NCBI GenBank assembly: GCA_031262165.1
Contig: JAISIF010000213.1
Coordinates: forward strand, 1 to 63,260
Source of the DNA: Myxococcales bacterium
Lineage (GTDB): Bacteria; Myxococcota; Myxococcia; Myxococcales; UBA5297
Direction: 5' to 3'
Length of the DNA: 63,260 nucleotides
Below are positions 34,688-45,491 of this stretch, in pieces. How positions within the stretch are numbered: the stretch's first letter is position 1; each line of letters begins with the position of its first letter. The position numbers and the translations under genes are program-made. The notes under the pieces are model-generated. The model had not been told where the DNA came from, did not search any database, and worked only from the letters and a program-made list of their open reading frames with translations.

Positions 34688-34725
34688 CCCATCGAAATCA
34701 TTGAGCTTTTTTCGACTAACGGCCC

Positions 34726-35862
34726 ATGCTCTACAACTTTCTCTACCCCTTCGCCGACCAGTTCACGCACCTCAACGTGCTGCGCTATCCATCCTTTCGG
34801 ATCGTGATGGCGGGGCTCTTTGCGCTCGTGCTCGGGATGGTGATCGGCCCCAAGCTCATCCGACACCTGCGCAAGGAACAGCATGGCCAGTCGAACGTCC
34901 GCGAGGACACACCCGAGACGCACCAGGCAAAGAAGGGCACGCCCACGATGGGCGGCGAGCTCATCCTGTTGTGCACCACGGCCTCGACGCTGCTCTTCGC
35001 GGACCTGACGAATCCCTACGTCTGGACCGTGCTCCTCGTGTTCCTGGGCTACGGGCTCATCGGGTTCCTCGACGACTGGCTCAAGCTCAAGAAGAAGAAC
35101 TCCAAGGGCCTGCCCGGCAAGCTCAAGCTCGCGCTCCAGACCGTGTTCCTTCTCGGCGCGTTCGCGATCCACTTCGACCCATCGCTGGGTTGGAGCTGGC
35201 CGTTCTCGCTCTCGCCAAATCTCACCCTGCCGTTCGTGTCCACGCGCCTGTTCGACTGGGACATGGGTTGGCTCTACCTCGCTCTCGCGTGGCTGCTCGT
35301 CGTCGGCACCTCGAACGGGGCGAACCTGACCGATGGCCTGGATGGGCTCGCGATCGGGCCGTCCATCGTCTCGGGAACGACGTTCGTGATCCTGGCCTAC
35401 GTCGCTGGCAGCGCGCTGCTCGTCCCGCGTAGCGGCGAGCTCATCCCGCTGGCCGACTACCTCTACGTCGCGCGCATCCCGCAGGCCGTGGAGCTCTCGG
35501 TCTTTGCAGCCGCGCTCGCGGGCGCTGGCCTCGCGTTCCTCTGGTTCAACACCTACCCGGCCACGGTCTTCATGGGCGATCTCGGCGCGCTGGCCATCGG
35601 CGGCGCGCTCGGGACCCTGGCCATGCTCACGAAGAACGAGCTCGTCTCGGCCATCCTCCACGGCGTGTTCCTGGCCGAGGCCGTGTCCGTGATGCTCCAG
35701 GTCGGCTCGTTCAAGCTGACCGGCAAGCGCATCTTCCGCCGCGCGCCTTTGCACCACCACTTCGAGCTGAAGGGGTGGGCCGAACCCAAGATCATCGTCC
35801 GCTTCTGGATCGCCTCGATCCTGCTCGCTGGCGTTGCCCTGGCCAGCCTCAAACTCCGGTAA
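34726..35862 (+). CDS. mraY: Phospho-N-acetylmuramoyl-pentapeptide-transferase
   Basis: 378 aa. GTPTMGG, FLDDWLKLKKKNSKGL, NGANLTDGLDGLA, PATVFMGDLGALAIGG and APLHHHFELKGW. Confidence 0.96.
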   Translation: MLYNFLYPFADQFTHLNVLRYPSFRIVMAGLFALVLGMVIGPKLIRHLRKEQHGQSNVREDTPETHQAKKGTPTMGGELILLCTTASTLLFADLTNPYVWTVLLVFLGYGLIGFLDDWLKLKKKNSKGLPGKLKLALQTVFLLGAFAIHFDPSLGWSWPFSLSPNLTLPFVSTRLFDWDMGWLYLALAWLLVVGTSNGANLTDGLDGLAIGPSIVSGTTFVILAYVAGSALLVPRSGELIPLADYLYVARIPQAVELSVFAAALAGAGLAFLWFNTYPATVFMGDLGALAIGGALGTLAMLTKNELVSAILHGVFLAEAVSVMLQVGSFKLTGKRIFRRAPLHHHFELKGWAEPKIIVRFWIASILLAGVALASLKLR

Positions 35863-35868
35863 TCCACC

Positions 35869-37335
35869 ATGCCCCTGCCTCGCGATCTCACAGACAAGCG
35901 CGTCCTCGTCGTCGGCCTCGGTAAGAGCGGGCTCGGTGCGGCCAGGCTCGCCCTGCGCCACGACGCCCGGGAGGTGATCGCGTTCGACGATCGCGGCATC
36001 GACGCGCTCGACGCCGAAGCCGTGCGCGCGCTCGTGGAGCAGGGCGCGCGGCTCGCCTGTGGTCCGCACGGCTTCGACAGCGCGACGGAGATCTTTCGAT
36101 CCGTGGATCTCGTCGTCGTCAGCCCTGGCTTTCCGCTCGCCCGGCCAGAGTTCACCGTGGCGCGTCAGGCAGGCGCGAAGGTCGTGGGCGAGGTCGAGTT
36201 CGCGAGCTGGTTTTTGAACCACGACGCGCTCGTCATCGGCATCAGCGGCACGAACGGCAAGAGCACCGTCACGGCTCTGACGGGTGCGCTGTGCGCGGCG
36301 AGCGGCGCTGCCACGTTCACGGGTGGCAACCTGGGCGCGGTGCTCAGTGACGCGCTCGTCGATGGCCAGCGCTTCGACTTTGCCGTGCTCGAGCTCTCCA
36401 GCTTCCAGTTGGAGGGCATCGACGCGCTGCACCCCCAGATCGCGTGCCTGACGAACCTGACGCCGGATCACATCGATCGCTACGCGGATCACGCGGCCTA
36501 CGGCGCTGCCAAGAAACGCCTGTTCCGCAACCAGACCGAGGCCGACTTTGGCGTGGTCAACGCGGGTGACGCGGGTGTCCTGAAGTTGATCGAGGGCGAG
36601 AGCTGCCAGCGATTCACATTCGGCTTTGGCCAGTCTGAAGAGGCGGCCGCGCGCTTCGACGATGGGACGATCGTGGTTCGGATCGACAGATCTGTCGAGG
36701 CGACTGGCCGCTCGTCCCGACGCCATGATTCGCTGGGTGCCGAATTCGAGGAGCGCTACCAGCTCACCAACAGGAACCTGCGCGGCCCGCACAACGCCGA
36801 GAACGCGATGGCGGCCATCCTGTGCGCAAGGCTCGCCGGTGTGGATGCCGCGTCTGTCCAGCGCGGGCTCGATGCCTACCCAGGGCTCCACCATCGATTG
36901 GAGAGCGTCGGCACCATCGATGGCGTGGAGTTCATCAACGACTCCAAAGCCACGAACGTGGACTCGACCGCCGTTGCGCTCAAGAGCTTCGAGCGCGGCG
37001 TGTGGCTCATCGCGGGAGGCCAGGGAAAGGGCCTGCCATATCGACCGCTCGTCGAGATCGCGCTGGGCCGCGTCGCGGGCGTGCTGACCATCGGCGAGGA
37101 CGCGCCACTCATAGAGGCGGCCTTTCGCGGGGTCGTGCCCGTCGTCTCCTGCGGTGATCTGGAGACCGCGACCAGGATGGCGCTGAACCAAGCTCACGCG
37201 GGCGACGTGGTCCTGCTCTCGCCCGCCTGTGCCTCCTACGATCAGTTCAAAAACTTCGAGGCGCGCGGCGACACCTTCCGCGCGCTCGTCCAACGCCTCT
37301 CCGGCGAGCGAGATGAGGCGCGCGATGGCCACTGA
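35869..37335 (+). CDS. murD: UDP-N-acetylmuramoylalanine--D-glutamate ligase
   Basis: 488 aa. VLVVGLGKSGLGAARL, ISGTNGKSTVT, NLTPDHIDRY, INDSKATN and SPACASYDQFKNFEARG. Confidence 0.95.
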   Translation: MPLPRDLTDKRVLVVGLGKSGLGAARLALRHDAREVIAFDDRGIDALDAEAVRALVEQGARLACGPHGFDSATEIFRSVDLVVVSPGFPLARPEFTVARQAGAKVVGEVEFASWFLNHDALVIGISGTNGKSTVTALTGALCAASGAATFTGGNLGAVLSDALVDGQRFDFAVLELSSFQLEGIDALHPQIACLTNLTPDHIDRYADHAAYGAAKKRLFRNQTEADFGVVNAGDAGVLKLIEGESCQRFTFGFGQSEEAAARFDDGTIVVRIDRSVEATGRSSRRHDSLGAEFEERYQLTNRNLRGPHNAENAMAAILCARLAGVDAASVQRGLDAYPGLHHRLESVGTIDGVEFINDSKATNVDSTAVALKSFERGVWLIAGGQGKGLPYRPLVEIALGRVAGVLTIGEDAPLIEAAFRGVVPVVSCGDLETATRMALNQAHAGDVVLLSPACASYDQFKNFEARGDTFRALVQRLSGERDEARDGH

Positions 37336-38506
37336 CGTCACAGTCGTTGCCCGCGCGGGCACGGCCACCAGTCCCCGGCTCAAGCCTCTGAACGCCCAGT
37401 TCGATCAGGTGTTGCTCTACGCCGTGCTCGCCCTGTGCGCGCTCGGACTCGTGATGCTCTACTCGGCCTCGTCCGTCGTGGCCGCCACCTCACCGCGCTA
37501 CGCCAACAGCGCCTACTTCCTGGAGCGCCAGATCGCCGCGACCGTCATCGGTCTGTTCGGTCTCGTCGCGATGCTCAAGGTCCGCTACCTGACCCTGCGG
37601 CGCTGGGCCTACCCCATCCTCGTGGTCATCCTCGTGCTGCTCGTTGCCGTTCTCTTCAGCGATCCGAGGGGCGGCGCGCGGCGCTGGCTGAACCTGCCCG
37701 TCTTCGCGCTCCAGCCTGGCGAGCTCGCCAAGCTGAGCGTGGCCATCTACCTGGCGCACTCGCTGGCCAAGAAGCGCGACAAGGTGAAGAGCTTCTCCGT
37801 CGGCTTCCTGCCGCACTGCTGCGTGACGGGTCTCATCGCGCTCCTCATCCTCGTGCAGCCCGACTTTGGCAGCGCCGTGGCCCTGGCCGTCATCCTCTTC
37901 TCGATGCTCTTCGCGGCCGGCACGCGCCTGAGCTACCTCCTCGGCTCGGTCCTCGCCGTGCTGCCCATCGCCATCTGGCAGGTCACCAGTCGGACCTACC
38001 GCATGGATCGCATCCGCGCCTTCCTCGACCCGTGGACCTACCGAAAAGAAGAGGGCTACCAGATCACCGAGTCCCTGCTCGCCATCGGGTCGGGCGGCGT
38101 CTCGGGCCTGGGGCTCGGCGAAGGTCGGCACAAGCTCTTCTACCTGCCCGAGGCGCACACCGACTTCATCTTCAGCATCATCGGCGAAGAGCTGGGCCTC
38201 ATCGGAACGATCGCCGTGATCTCGCTGTTCGCCATCATCGTCTGGCGAGGACTCCGGATCGCGCTGAACGCTGCCGACGCCTTCGGCGCCTATTTGGCGC
38301 TCGGCCTCACGGTCCTGCTGGCCTTCCAGTCGATCGGCAACATGGCGGTGACGATGAGCCTCATGCCGACCAAGGGCATGACCCTACCCTTCATCAGCTA
38401 CGGCGGTAGTTCGCTCGTCGTGAACCTGCTGGCCGTGGGCATCCTGCTGTCGATCAGCGAGAGCCGAGGCGGCTTCCTCAGGCCGCAGCAAGGGAGTGTT
38501 CGATGA
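37313..38506 (+). CDS. ftsW: Peptidoglycan glycosyltransferase / lipid II flippase-family protein FtsW (SEDS)
   Basis: About 397 aa, multi-pass. LQPGELAKL, QPDFGSA, GLGLGEG..KLFYLPEAHTDFIFSIIGEELG and LPFISYGGSS. The start is ambiguous: ATG 37313 or 37325, both overlapping the murD 3' end. The track ORF starts at 37229. Confidence 0.9.
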   Translation: MRRAMATDVTVVARAGTATSPRLKPLNAQFDQVLLYAVLALCALGLVMLYSASSVVAATSPRYANSAYFLERQIAATVIGLFGLVAMLKVRYLTLRRWAYPILVVILVLLVAVLFSDPRGGARRWLNLPVFALQPGELAKLSVAIYLAHSLAKKRDKVKSFSVGFLPHCCVTGLIALLILVQPDFGSAVALAVILFSMLFAAGTRLSYLLGSVLAVLPIAIWQVTSRTYRMDRIRAFLDPWTYRKEEGYQITESLLAIGSGGVSGLGLGEGRHKLFYLPEAHTDFIFSIIGEELGLIGTIAVISLFAIIVWRGLRIALNAADAFGAYLALGLTVLLAFQSIGNMAVTMSLMPTKGMTLPFISYGGSSLVVNLLAVGILLSISESRGGFLRPQQGSVR

Positions 38507-39609
38507 AACTTCTGATCGCCGGAGGCGGCACGGGTGGCCACCTGTTCCCGGGCATCGCGCTCGCCGAGGAGCTCCTCACGCGCCAGCCAGGCATGAACGA
38601 CGTCCTGTTCGTCGGCACCACGCGCGGCATCGAGGCGCGCTGCGTGCCCGAGGCTGGGATGAAGATCGAGTTCATCGACGTGCGAGCCCTCAAGGGACGC
38701 GGGCTCTTCGAGCGCCTCGGCGCGCTCTTCATGATCCCTCGCGCCCTCTTCCAGTCGCTCCGCATCCTCCGGCGCTATCAGCCGGACGTGGTCGTGGGCG
38801 TGGGTGGCTATGCCTCGGGCCCGGTCGTCCTGGCCGCGCGCCTGCTCGGCTTGCCGACCGCGATCCAGGAGCAGAACGCGCTGCCCGGTATGACGAACCG
38901 CTGGCTCGGCCGCCTCGCGCAGGACGTGTTCACCGCCTTTCCCGAGGCCGCGCCGTTTTTCCCCGAGAGCAAGGTCCGCCTCATCGGCAACCCCATCCGC
39001 CGAGCTTTCCTCGACAACTACCTGGCGACGCCATCGCGTCACGAGAAGACCGGCCTGCTCATCTTCGGCGGTTCACAGGGCGCGCACGTGCTCAACACCA
39101 CGGCTCTCGCTGCGCTCAGAGCGCTCCCTGATGAGCAACGCGCCGCACTCGCCATCGTCCACCAGACGGGTGCGCACGATCTCGAAGAGGTCAGGGCTGG
39201 CTATGCCGAGGCTGGCATCGAGGCCGAGGTCGTCGAGTTCATCCACGACATGTCCAAGGCCTACGAGCGGGCCGACCTCGTCGTGTGCCGCGCGGGTGCC
39301 ACCTCGCTCGCCGAGCTGACGGTGGCCAAGAAGGCGTCGATCCTCGTGCCCTTTGCCGCTGCCGCCGACAACCACCAGGAGGTCAACGCGGGCTCGCTCG
39401 TGAAAGCCGGTGCGGCCGTGATGGTGCGTGAGAGTGAGCTGACGCCCGAACGCCTCGCCCAGGAGATCACGGCCCTGCTCGATCCAGCGCGTCGCGCGAC
39501 CATGGAAAAGGCCGCGAGCCATCTGGGCCATCCCGAGGCGGCGCACGATCTGATCGATGTGCTCGTCGAGCGCGTCGAGGCACGCCGCACCGCCAAGTCA
39601 TCCAAATAA
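38503..39609 (+). CDS. murG: UDP-N-acetylglucosamine--N-acetylmuramyl-(pentapeptide) pyrophosphoryl-undecaprenol GlcNAc transferase
   Basis: 368 aa. The start overlaps the ftsW stop (ATGA). IAGGGTGGHLFPGIALAEEL, VVGVGGYASGP, GGSQGA, RAGATSLAELT and ADNHQEVNA. Confidence 0.95.
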   Translation: MKLLIAGGGTGGHLFPGIALAEELLTRQPGMNDVLFVGTTRGIEARCVPEAGMKIEFIDVRALKGRGLFERLGALFMIPRALFQSLRILRRYQPDVVVGVGGYASGPVVLAARLLGLPTAIQEQNALPGMTNRWLGRLAQDVFTAFPEAAPFFPESKVRLIGNPIRRAFLDNYLATPSRHEKTGLLIFGGSQGAHVLNTTALAALRALPDEQRAALAIVHQTGAHDLEEVRAGYAEAGIEAEVVEFIHDMSKAYERADLVVCRAGATSLAELTVAKKASILVPFAAAADNHQEVNAGSLVKAGAAVMVRESELTPERLAQEITALLDPARRATMEKAASHLGHPEAAHDLIDVLVERVEARRTAKSSK

Positions 39610-39611
39610 AC

Positions 39612-39632
39612 GTAGGGGCAGCCCCCCTGTGG
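39612..39632. repeat. REP-like GTAGGGGC..palindrome in the murG-murC spacer
   Basis: GTAGGGGCAGCCCCCCTGTGG. Same core as 428, 42059, 45415/45474, 50325 and 52108. Confidence 0.6.
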
Positions 39633-39657
39633 TTTCCCTCCAGAGGTCCTATCGAAA

Positions 39658-41052
39658 ATGGTGACAGTCAGAGATCGCAAAGCGCGCGTCCACTTCGTCG
39701 GCATCGGCGGCATCGGCATGAGCGGCATCGCCGAGGTGCTGCTCAACCTGGGCTACCAGGTCTCCGGCTCCGACCTGCGCGCCTCGGATGTGACGAAGCA
39801 CCTGGAGCGCTTGGGCGCGACCGTGCACAGCGGGCCGCACCGCGCCGAGAACCTGGGGCCGTGCGATGTCGTCGTGACTTCGTCCGCCGTCCGGCGCGAC
39901 AACCCAGAGGTCCAGCTCGCCCGTGAGTTCAAGATCCCGGTCATCCCGCGCGCCGAGATGCTCGCCGAGCTGATGCGCATCAAGTTCGGCGTGGCCGTGG
40001 CCGGGTCGCACGGCAAGACGACCACGACCTCGATCATCGCCACGGTCCTGGCCGCCGCAGGGCTCGACCCGACCACAGTGGTGGGCGGCAAGGTCAACAG
40101 CCTGGGCTCGAACGCGCGGCTCGGGAAGAGCGAGTTGATGGTCGTCGAGGCCGACGAGTCGGACGGCTCGTTCCTCAAACTTTCGCCCGCGCTCGCCGTG
40201 ATCACGAACATCGATCCCGAGCACATGGACCACTACGGGACCCTCGACAACCTGCGCGCCGCCTTCCTCGAATTCGTCAATCGCGTGCCGTTCTATGGAC
40301 TCGCGGCCATCTGCCTCGATCACCCGAACGTCCAGGCGCTCATCCCAGACATCGAGAAGCGCTTCGTCACCTATGGTTTCTCGGCGCAGGCCGATTACCG
40401 CGCGGCCGACGTCCGCCTCGACGGCCACCGGACGATCTTCCAGGCCTTCCGCCGCACTGAGCCGCTCGGTGAGTTCTCACTGCCCATGGTCGGCCGTCAC
40501 AACGCGCAGAACGCACTGGCCGCACTCGCCATCGCCGACGAGCTGGGCATCGACCTGGAGGTGACGCGCGCGGCCCTGGCCGAGTTCGGCGGCGTGCAAC
40601 GGCGCTTCACGGTCTGCGGCGAGGAGAGCGGCGTGCTCGTCGTCGATGACTACGGCCATCACCCCACAGAGATCCGCGCCACGCTGTGCGGCGCCAAGCA
40701 GGCGTTTGGTCGGCGCCTCGTCGTGGCCTTCGAGCCGCATCGCTACAGCCGTACGCAGCTCTTGATGGATGAGCTGGCCACGGCCTTCAACGACGCGGAC
40801 GTGCTCTTCCTGACCGAGGTCTACGCGGCGAGCGAGGCGCCCATCCCTGGGGCTGACGGCGCGAGCCTGGCCCAGGCCGTGCGCGCGCGCGGCCACCGCG
40901 ACGTCACGTTCGTGGAGAGGCGCGACGCACTGGCGAGCGCCATCGCCGAGCGCGCCTTTCCCGGGGATCTCGTGCTCACGCTCGGCGCTGGAAGCATCAC
41001 GCGCACAGGGCCAGAGCTCCTCGATCTGCTGCGCGCCGCGCGCGCGCGCTGA
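39658..41052 (+). CDS. murC: UDP-N-acetylmuramate--L-alanine ligase
   Basis: 464 aa. [49 protein letters not shown] and [10 protein letters not shown]. Confidence 0.95.
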   Translation: MVTVRDRKARVHFVGIGGIGMSGIAEVLLNLGYQVSGSDLRASDVTKHLERLGATVHSGPHRAENLGPCDVVVTSSAVRRDNPEVQLAREFKIPVIPRAEMLAELMRIKFGVAVAGSHGKTTTTSIIATVLAAAGLDPTTVVGGKVNSLGSNARLGKSELMVVEADESDGSFLKLSPALAVITNIDPEHMDHYGTLDNLRAAFLEFVNRVPFYGLAAICLDHPNVQALIPDIEKRFVTYGFSAQADYRAADVRLDGHRTIFQAFRRTEPLGEFSLPMVGRHNAQNALAALAIADELGIDLEVTRAALAEFGGVQRRFTVCGEESGVLVVDDYGHHPTEIRATLCGAKQAFGRRLVVAFEPHRYSRTQLLMDELATAFNDADVLFLTEVYAASEAPIPGADGASLAQAVRARGHRDVTFVERRDALASAIAERAFPGDLVLTLGAGSITRTGPELLDLLRAARAR

Positions 41053-41076
41053 TCGCCTCTTCCCAAGGATCGACTC

Positions 41077-42054
41077 ATGGACTTCCTCGACAAACTCACA
41101 GGCATCGACGGGATCGAGCTCCAGCGCAACGTGCCCATGGCCGGGCACACCTCCTTTGGCATCGGCGGCGAGGCCGATCTCTTCGCCACAATCCACTCGC
41201 AGGACGCGCTCGTCCGACTCCTGGCCCTGTGCCGCACCTCCGGCGTTGCTTGGCAGCTGCTCGGCGCTGGGACGAACGTGCTCGTGTCCGATCGCGGCGT
41301 GCGCGGCGTGGTGATCCACATCGCCAAAGACGCCGTCGAAGAGTCGGCTCGTCGAGGCGTCAACGCGCTCTACGTGCGCCTGAGCGCTGGCACGCCCCTG
41401 ACTCGGCTCCTCCAGATCATGCGTTCGAACGGCGCGCTCGGCGTGAGCGTGCTCTCTGGCATCCCTGGCTCCGTGGGCGGCGCGGTGGTGATGAACGCTG
41501 GCACGCGCCTGGGCGCCTGCGCCCAGTTCATCGAGGCGGTCCAGCTGTGCGACGCGGACGGCATCCGCGAGATCAGTCCGGCAGACCTCCACTTCGCCTA
41601 CCGCGAGAGCACGCTGCCGAACGGCGCGATCGTGACGAGCGCGCGCTTCAAGTTCCAGCTCGGCCTGGCCGAGGAGCTCGACGCCGAGGACAAGGCAGCG
41701 CAGGCCGCCATCGAGCGTCGGCGCGCGGGCCAGCCCAGCCAGCCAAGCGCGGGCTGTGTGTTCTGCAATCCGGGCGATCGAGCGGCTGGCCTACTCATCG
41801 ACGAGAGCGGCCTCAAAGGGCTGCGGGTGGGCGGCGCCGAGATCTCGGACGTCCACGCCAACTTCATCGTCAACGTGGGCAACGCCCGGGCGAGCGACGT
41901 GCTCGATCTGATGCGCCAGGCTCAGGCAGCGGTCGAGGCGCGCTTCGGCGTATCGCTCGTGCCCGAGGTCCGGCTCATGGGCGAGTTCGATCCCGCCGAA
42001 CTGCCACGCCACGCGCGCTTCAGCTCTGGGCTGTCGAACCTCGTTCCCAGTTGA
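41077..42054 (+). CDS. murB: UDP-N-acetylenolpyruvoylglucosamine reductase
   Basis: 325 aa. FAD-binding domain: TSFGIGGEADLF, LLGAGTNVLVSD, GIPGSVGGAVVMNAGT. Also YRES, AGCVFCNP and HANFIVN. Confidence 0.93.
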   Translation: MDFLDKLTGIDGIELQRNVPMAGHTSFGIGGEADLFATIHSQDALVRLLALCRTSGVAWQLLGAGTNVLVSDRGVRGVVIHIAKDAVEESARRGVNALYVRLSAGTPLTRLLQIMRSNGALGVSVLSGIPGSVGGAVVMNAGTRLGACAQFIEAVQLCDADGIREISPADLHFAYRESTLPNGAIVTSARFKFQLGLAEELDAEDKAAQAAIERRRAGQPSQPSAGCVFCNPGDRAAGLLIDESGLKGLRVGGAEISDVHANFIVNVGNARASDVLDLMRQAQAAVEARFGVSLVPEVRLMGEFDPAELPRHARFSSGLSNLVPS

Positions 42055-42058
42055 GGCC

Positions 42059-42075
42059 GTAGGGGCAGGCCCTAC
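42059..42075. repeat. REP-like palindrome GTAGGGGCAGGCCCTAC in the murB-ddl spacer
   Basis: Read directly. Arms are GTAGGG / CCCTAC. Confidence 0.6.
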
Positions 42076-42120
42076 AGATCTCCTCGAAACCAAACCGGCA
42101 TTCCCAAAGAGACACGACAG

Positions 42121-43077
42121 ATGAACGACCTCACAGACGACAGACGAGACGCGCTGAAGCGGAAGACGATCGGTGTTCTGATGGGCGGGCTCTCCGCCGA
42201 GCGAGAGGTCTCGCTGCGCACGGGCAAGGCCTGCGGCGATGCCCTGTCGAGCCTTGGCTACGTCGTTCGAAGTATCGACGTGCAGCGGGATGTAGCAGCG
42301 CGACTGGTGGCCGAAGGGATCGAGCTCGCCTTCGTCGCGCTCCACGGCCGCTACGGCGAGGACGGCTGCATCCAGGGTCTCTTGGAGTCGATGGCCATCC
42401 CCTACACGGGCTCGGGCGTGCTCGCGAGCGCGATGGGCATGGACAAGGTCGTCTCCAAGCATCTGTTCGCCAGCCACGGCCTGCCGATCGCGCGCGACGT
42501 GGTCCTGAGGAACCCCTCGGATCTCGTGACGTTTCGCGGCGCGGCCGATCTGCCGTTCGCGCTGCCCGCCGTGATCAAGCCATCGAGCGAGGGCTCGTCT
42601 GTCGGCGTCACCATCGCGAGGGATGAGGCCGAGCTCGTGGCAGCCGTCGGGAAGGCCGCCGCGCTCAAGGGCGACATACTGATCGAGCAGTTCATCCAGG
42701 GCCGCGAGATCCAGGCCGCGGTGCTCGACGGCGAGGCGCTCGGCGCCATCGAGATCGTCCCAGCCAGCGGCTTCTACGACTACGCGGCCAAATACGAGGT
42801 GAACACCACGCGCTATCTGTTCCCAGCGCCCATCCCGTCAGACCAATACGAGCGCGCCTGCCAGCTCTCCCTCGACGCGCACCAGGCGCTGGGCTGCTCG
42901 GGCGCGACGCGCAGCGACATGATCCTCGCCCCCGATGGTCAGCTCTATCTGCTGGAGCTCAACACCCTGCCCGGCATGACGGCCACGAGCCTGCTGCCCA
43001 AGATCGCCGCGGGCAAGGGCATCGACTTTCCCGCGCTCTGCGAGCGCCTCCTGCTGGGCGCCTCGCTCAAGGGCTGA
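42121..43077 (+). CDS. ddl: D-alanine--D-alanine ligase
   Basis: 318 aa. VLMGGLSAEREVSL, ALHGRYGEDGCIQGLLE, VIKPSSEGSSVGV and ELNTLPGMTATSLLPK. Confidence 0.95.
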   Translation: MNDLTDDRRDALKRKTIGVLMGGLSAEREVSLRTGKACGDALSSLGYVVRSIDVQRDVAARLVAEGIELAFVALHGRYGEDGCIQGLLESMAIPYTGSGVLASAMGMDKVVSKHLFASHGLPIARDVVLRNPSDLVTFRGAADLPFALPAVIKPSSEGSSVGVTIARDEAELVAAVGKAAALKGDILIEQFIQGREIQAAVLDGEALGAIEIVPASGFYDYAAKYEVNTTRYLFPAPIPSDQYERACQLSLDAHQALGCSGATRSDMILAPDGQLYLLELNTLPGMTATSLLPKIAAGKGIDFPALCERLLLGASLKG

Positions 43078-43955
43078 TGCGCGCACTCTCCCGTTTCACG
43101 ACGAGACCACCGATGGCCAAGACACCCAAAAACAAGCGCCGCAAGACCCCCGCCCAGGTGCGCGCCGCCATGCGCAAAGGAGCCGTGCGCGTGTTGAAGG
43201 GCTTGGGCGTGCTGTGCCTGTTCGCCTCGCTGACGGCGTTGGCCACCGTTGGCGGCCGCGCGCTTCGCGACTGGCTGTTCACCTCGCCCACCTTCGCCAT
43301 CGAGGCGATCGAGCTGCGTGGCCTCGTCCACGCGGCGCAGACCGACGTGCTCGCGCTGTCGAGGATCCAGAGAGGCGAGAACGCCTTCGAGATCGACCTG
43401 GACGAGTCGGCGCAAGCCATCCGCGCTCATCCCTGGATCGAGGACGTCCAGGTCCGCCGCCGCCTGCCACGCCGCATCGAGATCGACGTCGTCGAACACG
43501 TCGCCGCAGCCCTCGTCGATCTCCGTGGCCTCTACTACGCCGACGAGGCGGGCAAGGCGTTCAAGCGCGTCTCGGCTGGCGATCGCGTCGATCTTCCCAT
43601 CCTCCGAGGCGTGAGCCGCGAGGCCTACGGCGCCGATCCCGAGGCGAGCGAGGCGCTGCTGCGCGAGGGCATCGCGCTGTCGACCCTCTATTCGAGCAGC
43701 GGCCTGCAGGCGCGCGCGCCTCTCTCCGACATCGAGCTCGATCCCGTCGAAGGCCTGACGCTGCGCTGCGGCGAGCACGCCACGGCGGTTCGCCTCGGGC
43801 GCGGCGACTACCAGCAAAAACTCGCTCGCCTCGCTCGAATCTTCGACGAGCTCGCCAGGCGCGGCGCCGTGGCGCGGCTCATCCGGCTCGACAACAGGGC
43901 GCGCCCTGGCTGGGTCGCGGTCCAGCTCGACAAGGCCAGCCAGGCGCTCTTTTAG
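43077..43955 (+). CDS. ftsQ: Cell division protein FtsQ
   Basis: 292 aa. The ATG overlaps the ddl stop (TGATG). Basic N-terminus, one TM helix (LGVLCLFASLTALATVGG), then a POTRA-like region (FAIEAIELRGLVHAAQTDVLA...HPWIEDVQVRRRLPRRIEIDVVEH). Position in the dcw order supports the call. Confidence 0.85.
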   Translation: MRALSRFTTRPPMAKTPKNKRRKTPAQVRAAMRKGAVRVLKGLGVLCLFASLTALATVGGRALRDWLFTSPTFAIEAIELRGLVHAAQTDVLALSRIQRGENAFEIDLDESAQAIRAHPWIEDVQVRRRLPRRIEIDVVEHVAAALVDLRGLYYADEAGKAFKRVSAGDRVDLPILRGVSREAYGADPEASEALLREGIALSTLYSSSGLQARAPLSDIELDPVEGLTLRCGEHATAVRLGRGDYQQKLARLARIFDELARRGAVARLIRLDNRARPGWVAVQLDKASQALF

Positions 43956-44111
43956 GCTGAAATTCTGAGCAGTCTTGATTTTTGTAAATGAGATGTTTGG
44001 GCGACGGATGGAACGCCAGGCCTTTCAAGGGAGGAACGGATTGACCAGAATCAATGCTGATTTCCGAGAAAAAATACCTGAACACACAACCAGTCAAAAG
44101 AGGACGTCAAC

Positions 44112-45350
44112 ATGGCAAGGAAGACATCGGAGTTGATCGTTGGTCTCGACATCGGAACCTCCAAGATCAGCTGCATCATCGGAGAGGTGACGGAGGCAGG
44201 GATCGACGTCATCGGCATCGGAAACTACCCCTCGAACGGCCTGCGCAAGGGCGTCGTCGTCAACATCGAAAAGACGAAGAACTCGATCCGCCGCGCCGTC
44301 GAAGAGGCCGAGCTCATGGCCGGCTGTGAGGTCAAGACGGTCTACACGGGCATCGCCGGTGGCCACATCAAGGGCATCAACTCACAGGGCGTCGTCGCGG
44401 TGAAGGGCGAGGTGACGGAGGGCGACATCCAGCGCGTCACAGACGCGGCCAAGGCCTTCCGCATCCCTGACGACCGCGAGATCATCCACGTGCTGCCGCA
44501 GGAATACATGGTGGACGAGCAGGGCGGCATCAAGGACCCGCTGGGCATGGCAGGCAGCCGACTCGAAGCCAAGGTCCACATCGTCACCGGCGCGGTCAGC
44601 TCGGCGCAGAACATCGTCAAGTGCGTGAACGAAACGGGCCTGAGCGTGCGCGACATCGTCTTACAGCCCCTCGCGTCGGCCGAGGCATGCCTGGGCGAGG
44701 ACGAACGCGAGCTGGGCGTGTGCCTCGTGGACATCGGGTGCGGCACGGCCGACGTGGCCATCTTCTCGGGCGGGTCCATCGTCCACACCGCGGTCGTGGC
44801 GCTGGGCGGCTACAACCTGACGAACGACATCGCCATCGGCCTGCGCACGCCCATGGACGCGGCCGAGAAGATCAAGCGTAAATATGGCTGCGCGCTCTCC
44901 TCGATGGTGGACAAGAGCGAGCAGCTGGAGGTGCCCTCGATGGGCGGGCGCGACCCGCGCCTCCTCACGCGCCAGATGCTCTGCCAAATCCTCGAACCGC
45001 GCGTCGAAGAGCTGTTCCAGCTCGTGCATCGCGAGATTCAGATGTGCGGCTACGAGGAGCTCTTGGCCTCGGGCGTCGTCATCACGGGCGGCTCGGCACA
45101 GCTGCAGGGAATGGCCGAGCTCGCCGAAGAGGTGATGCACCTGCCCGTGCGCCTGGGTCAGCCGCGCGGCGTCGGTGGCCTCGTCGACGTGGTCAAGAGC
45201 CCTATCTACGCCACCGGCGTCGGCCTCGTTCTCTACGGATCTCACCAGGAGCACGACAACACCGCGCGCTTCCCCAAGAACCGCTCCGAAGGAAAGGCCA
45301 GCAGATCCATGTTCGACGTGATCAGGGAGATCTTCCGCCAGTGGTTCTAG
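44112..45350 (+). CDS. ftsA: Cell division protein FtsA
   Basis: 412 aa. [19 protein letters not shown], actin-like [17 protein letters not shown] and [20 protein letters not shown]. Confidence 0.95.
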   Translation: MARKTSELIVGLDIGTSKISCIIGEVTEAGIDVIGIGNYPSNGLRKGVVVNIEKTKNSIRRAVEEAELMAGCEVKTVYTGIAGGHIKGINSQGVVAVKGEVTEGDIQRVTDAAKAFRIPDDREIIHVLPQEYMVDEQGGIKDPLGMAGSRLEAKVHIVTGAVSSAQNIVKCVNETGLSVRDIVLQPLASAEACLGEDERELGVCLVDIGCGTADVAIFSGGSIVHTAVVALGGYNLTNDIAIGLRTPMDAAEKIKRKYGCALSSMVDKSEQLEVPSMGGRDPRLLTRQMLCQILEPRVEELFQLVHREIQMCGYEELLASGVVITGGSAQLQGMAELAEEVMHLPVRLGQPRGVGGLVDVVKSPIYATGVGLVLYGSHQEHDNTARFPKNRSEGKASRSMFDVIREIFRQWF

Positions 45351-45414
45351 GGCGCGACGCACGTTCACTCAGGGCGGTCGGGCTCTGATCTTCGGTTGTC
45401 TCGAACGAGATGAC

Positions 45415-45491
45415 GTAGGGGCACGGCGTGCCGTTCCCTGCCGAACCTCGGACGACACGAACACGATGGGCACGGCACGCCGTGCCCCTAC
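45415..45491. repeat. REP-like pair in the ftsA-ftsZ spacer (18-bp perfect inverted repeat)
   Basis: GTAGGGGCACGGCGTGCC (45415-32) and GGCACGCCGTGCCCCTAC (45474-91). Each arm is itself partly palindromic. Confidence 0.75.

Noticed and set aside
34684-37383. 899-aa minus-strand ORF across mraY-murD. Similar long antisense or alternate-frame ORFs: 9213-10970(+), 10204-12198(-), 12468-13709(+), 14956-16845(+), 19331-21079(+), 27599-28960(-), 29394-30731(-), 45322-46476(-), 50053-51888(-), 52113-53585(-) and 54656-56071(-)
   Set aside because: All overlap genes with clear family motifs on the opposite strand or in another frame. Their translations are low-complexity Arg/Ala/Gly/Asp-rich strings, as expected from stop-codon-poor GC-rich DNA.
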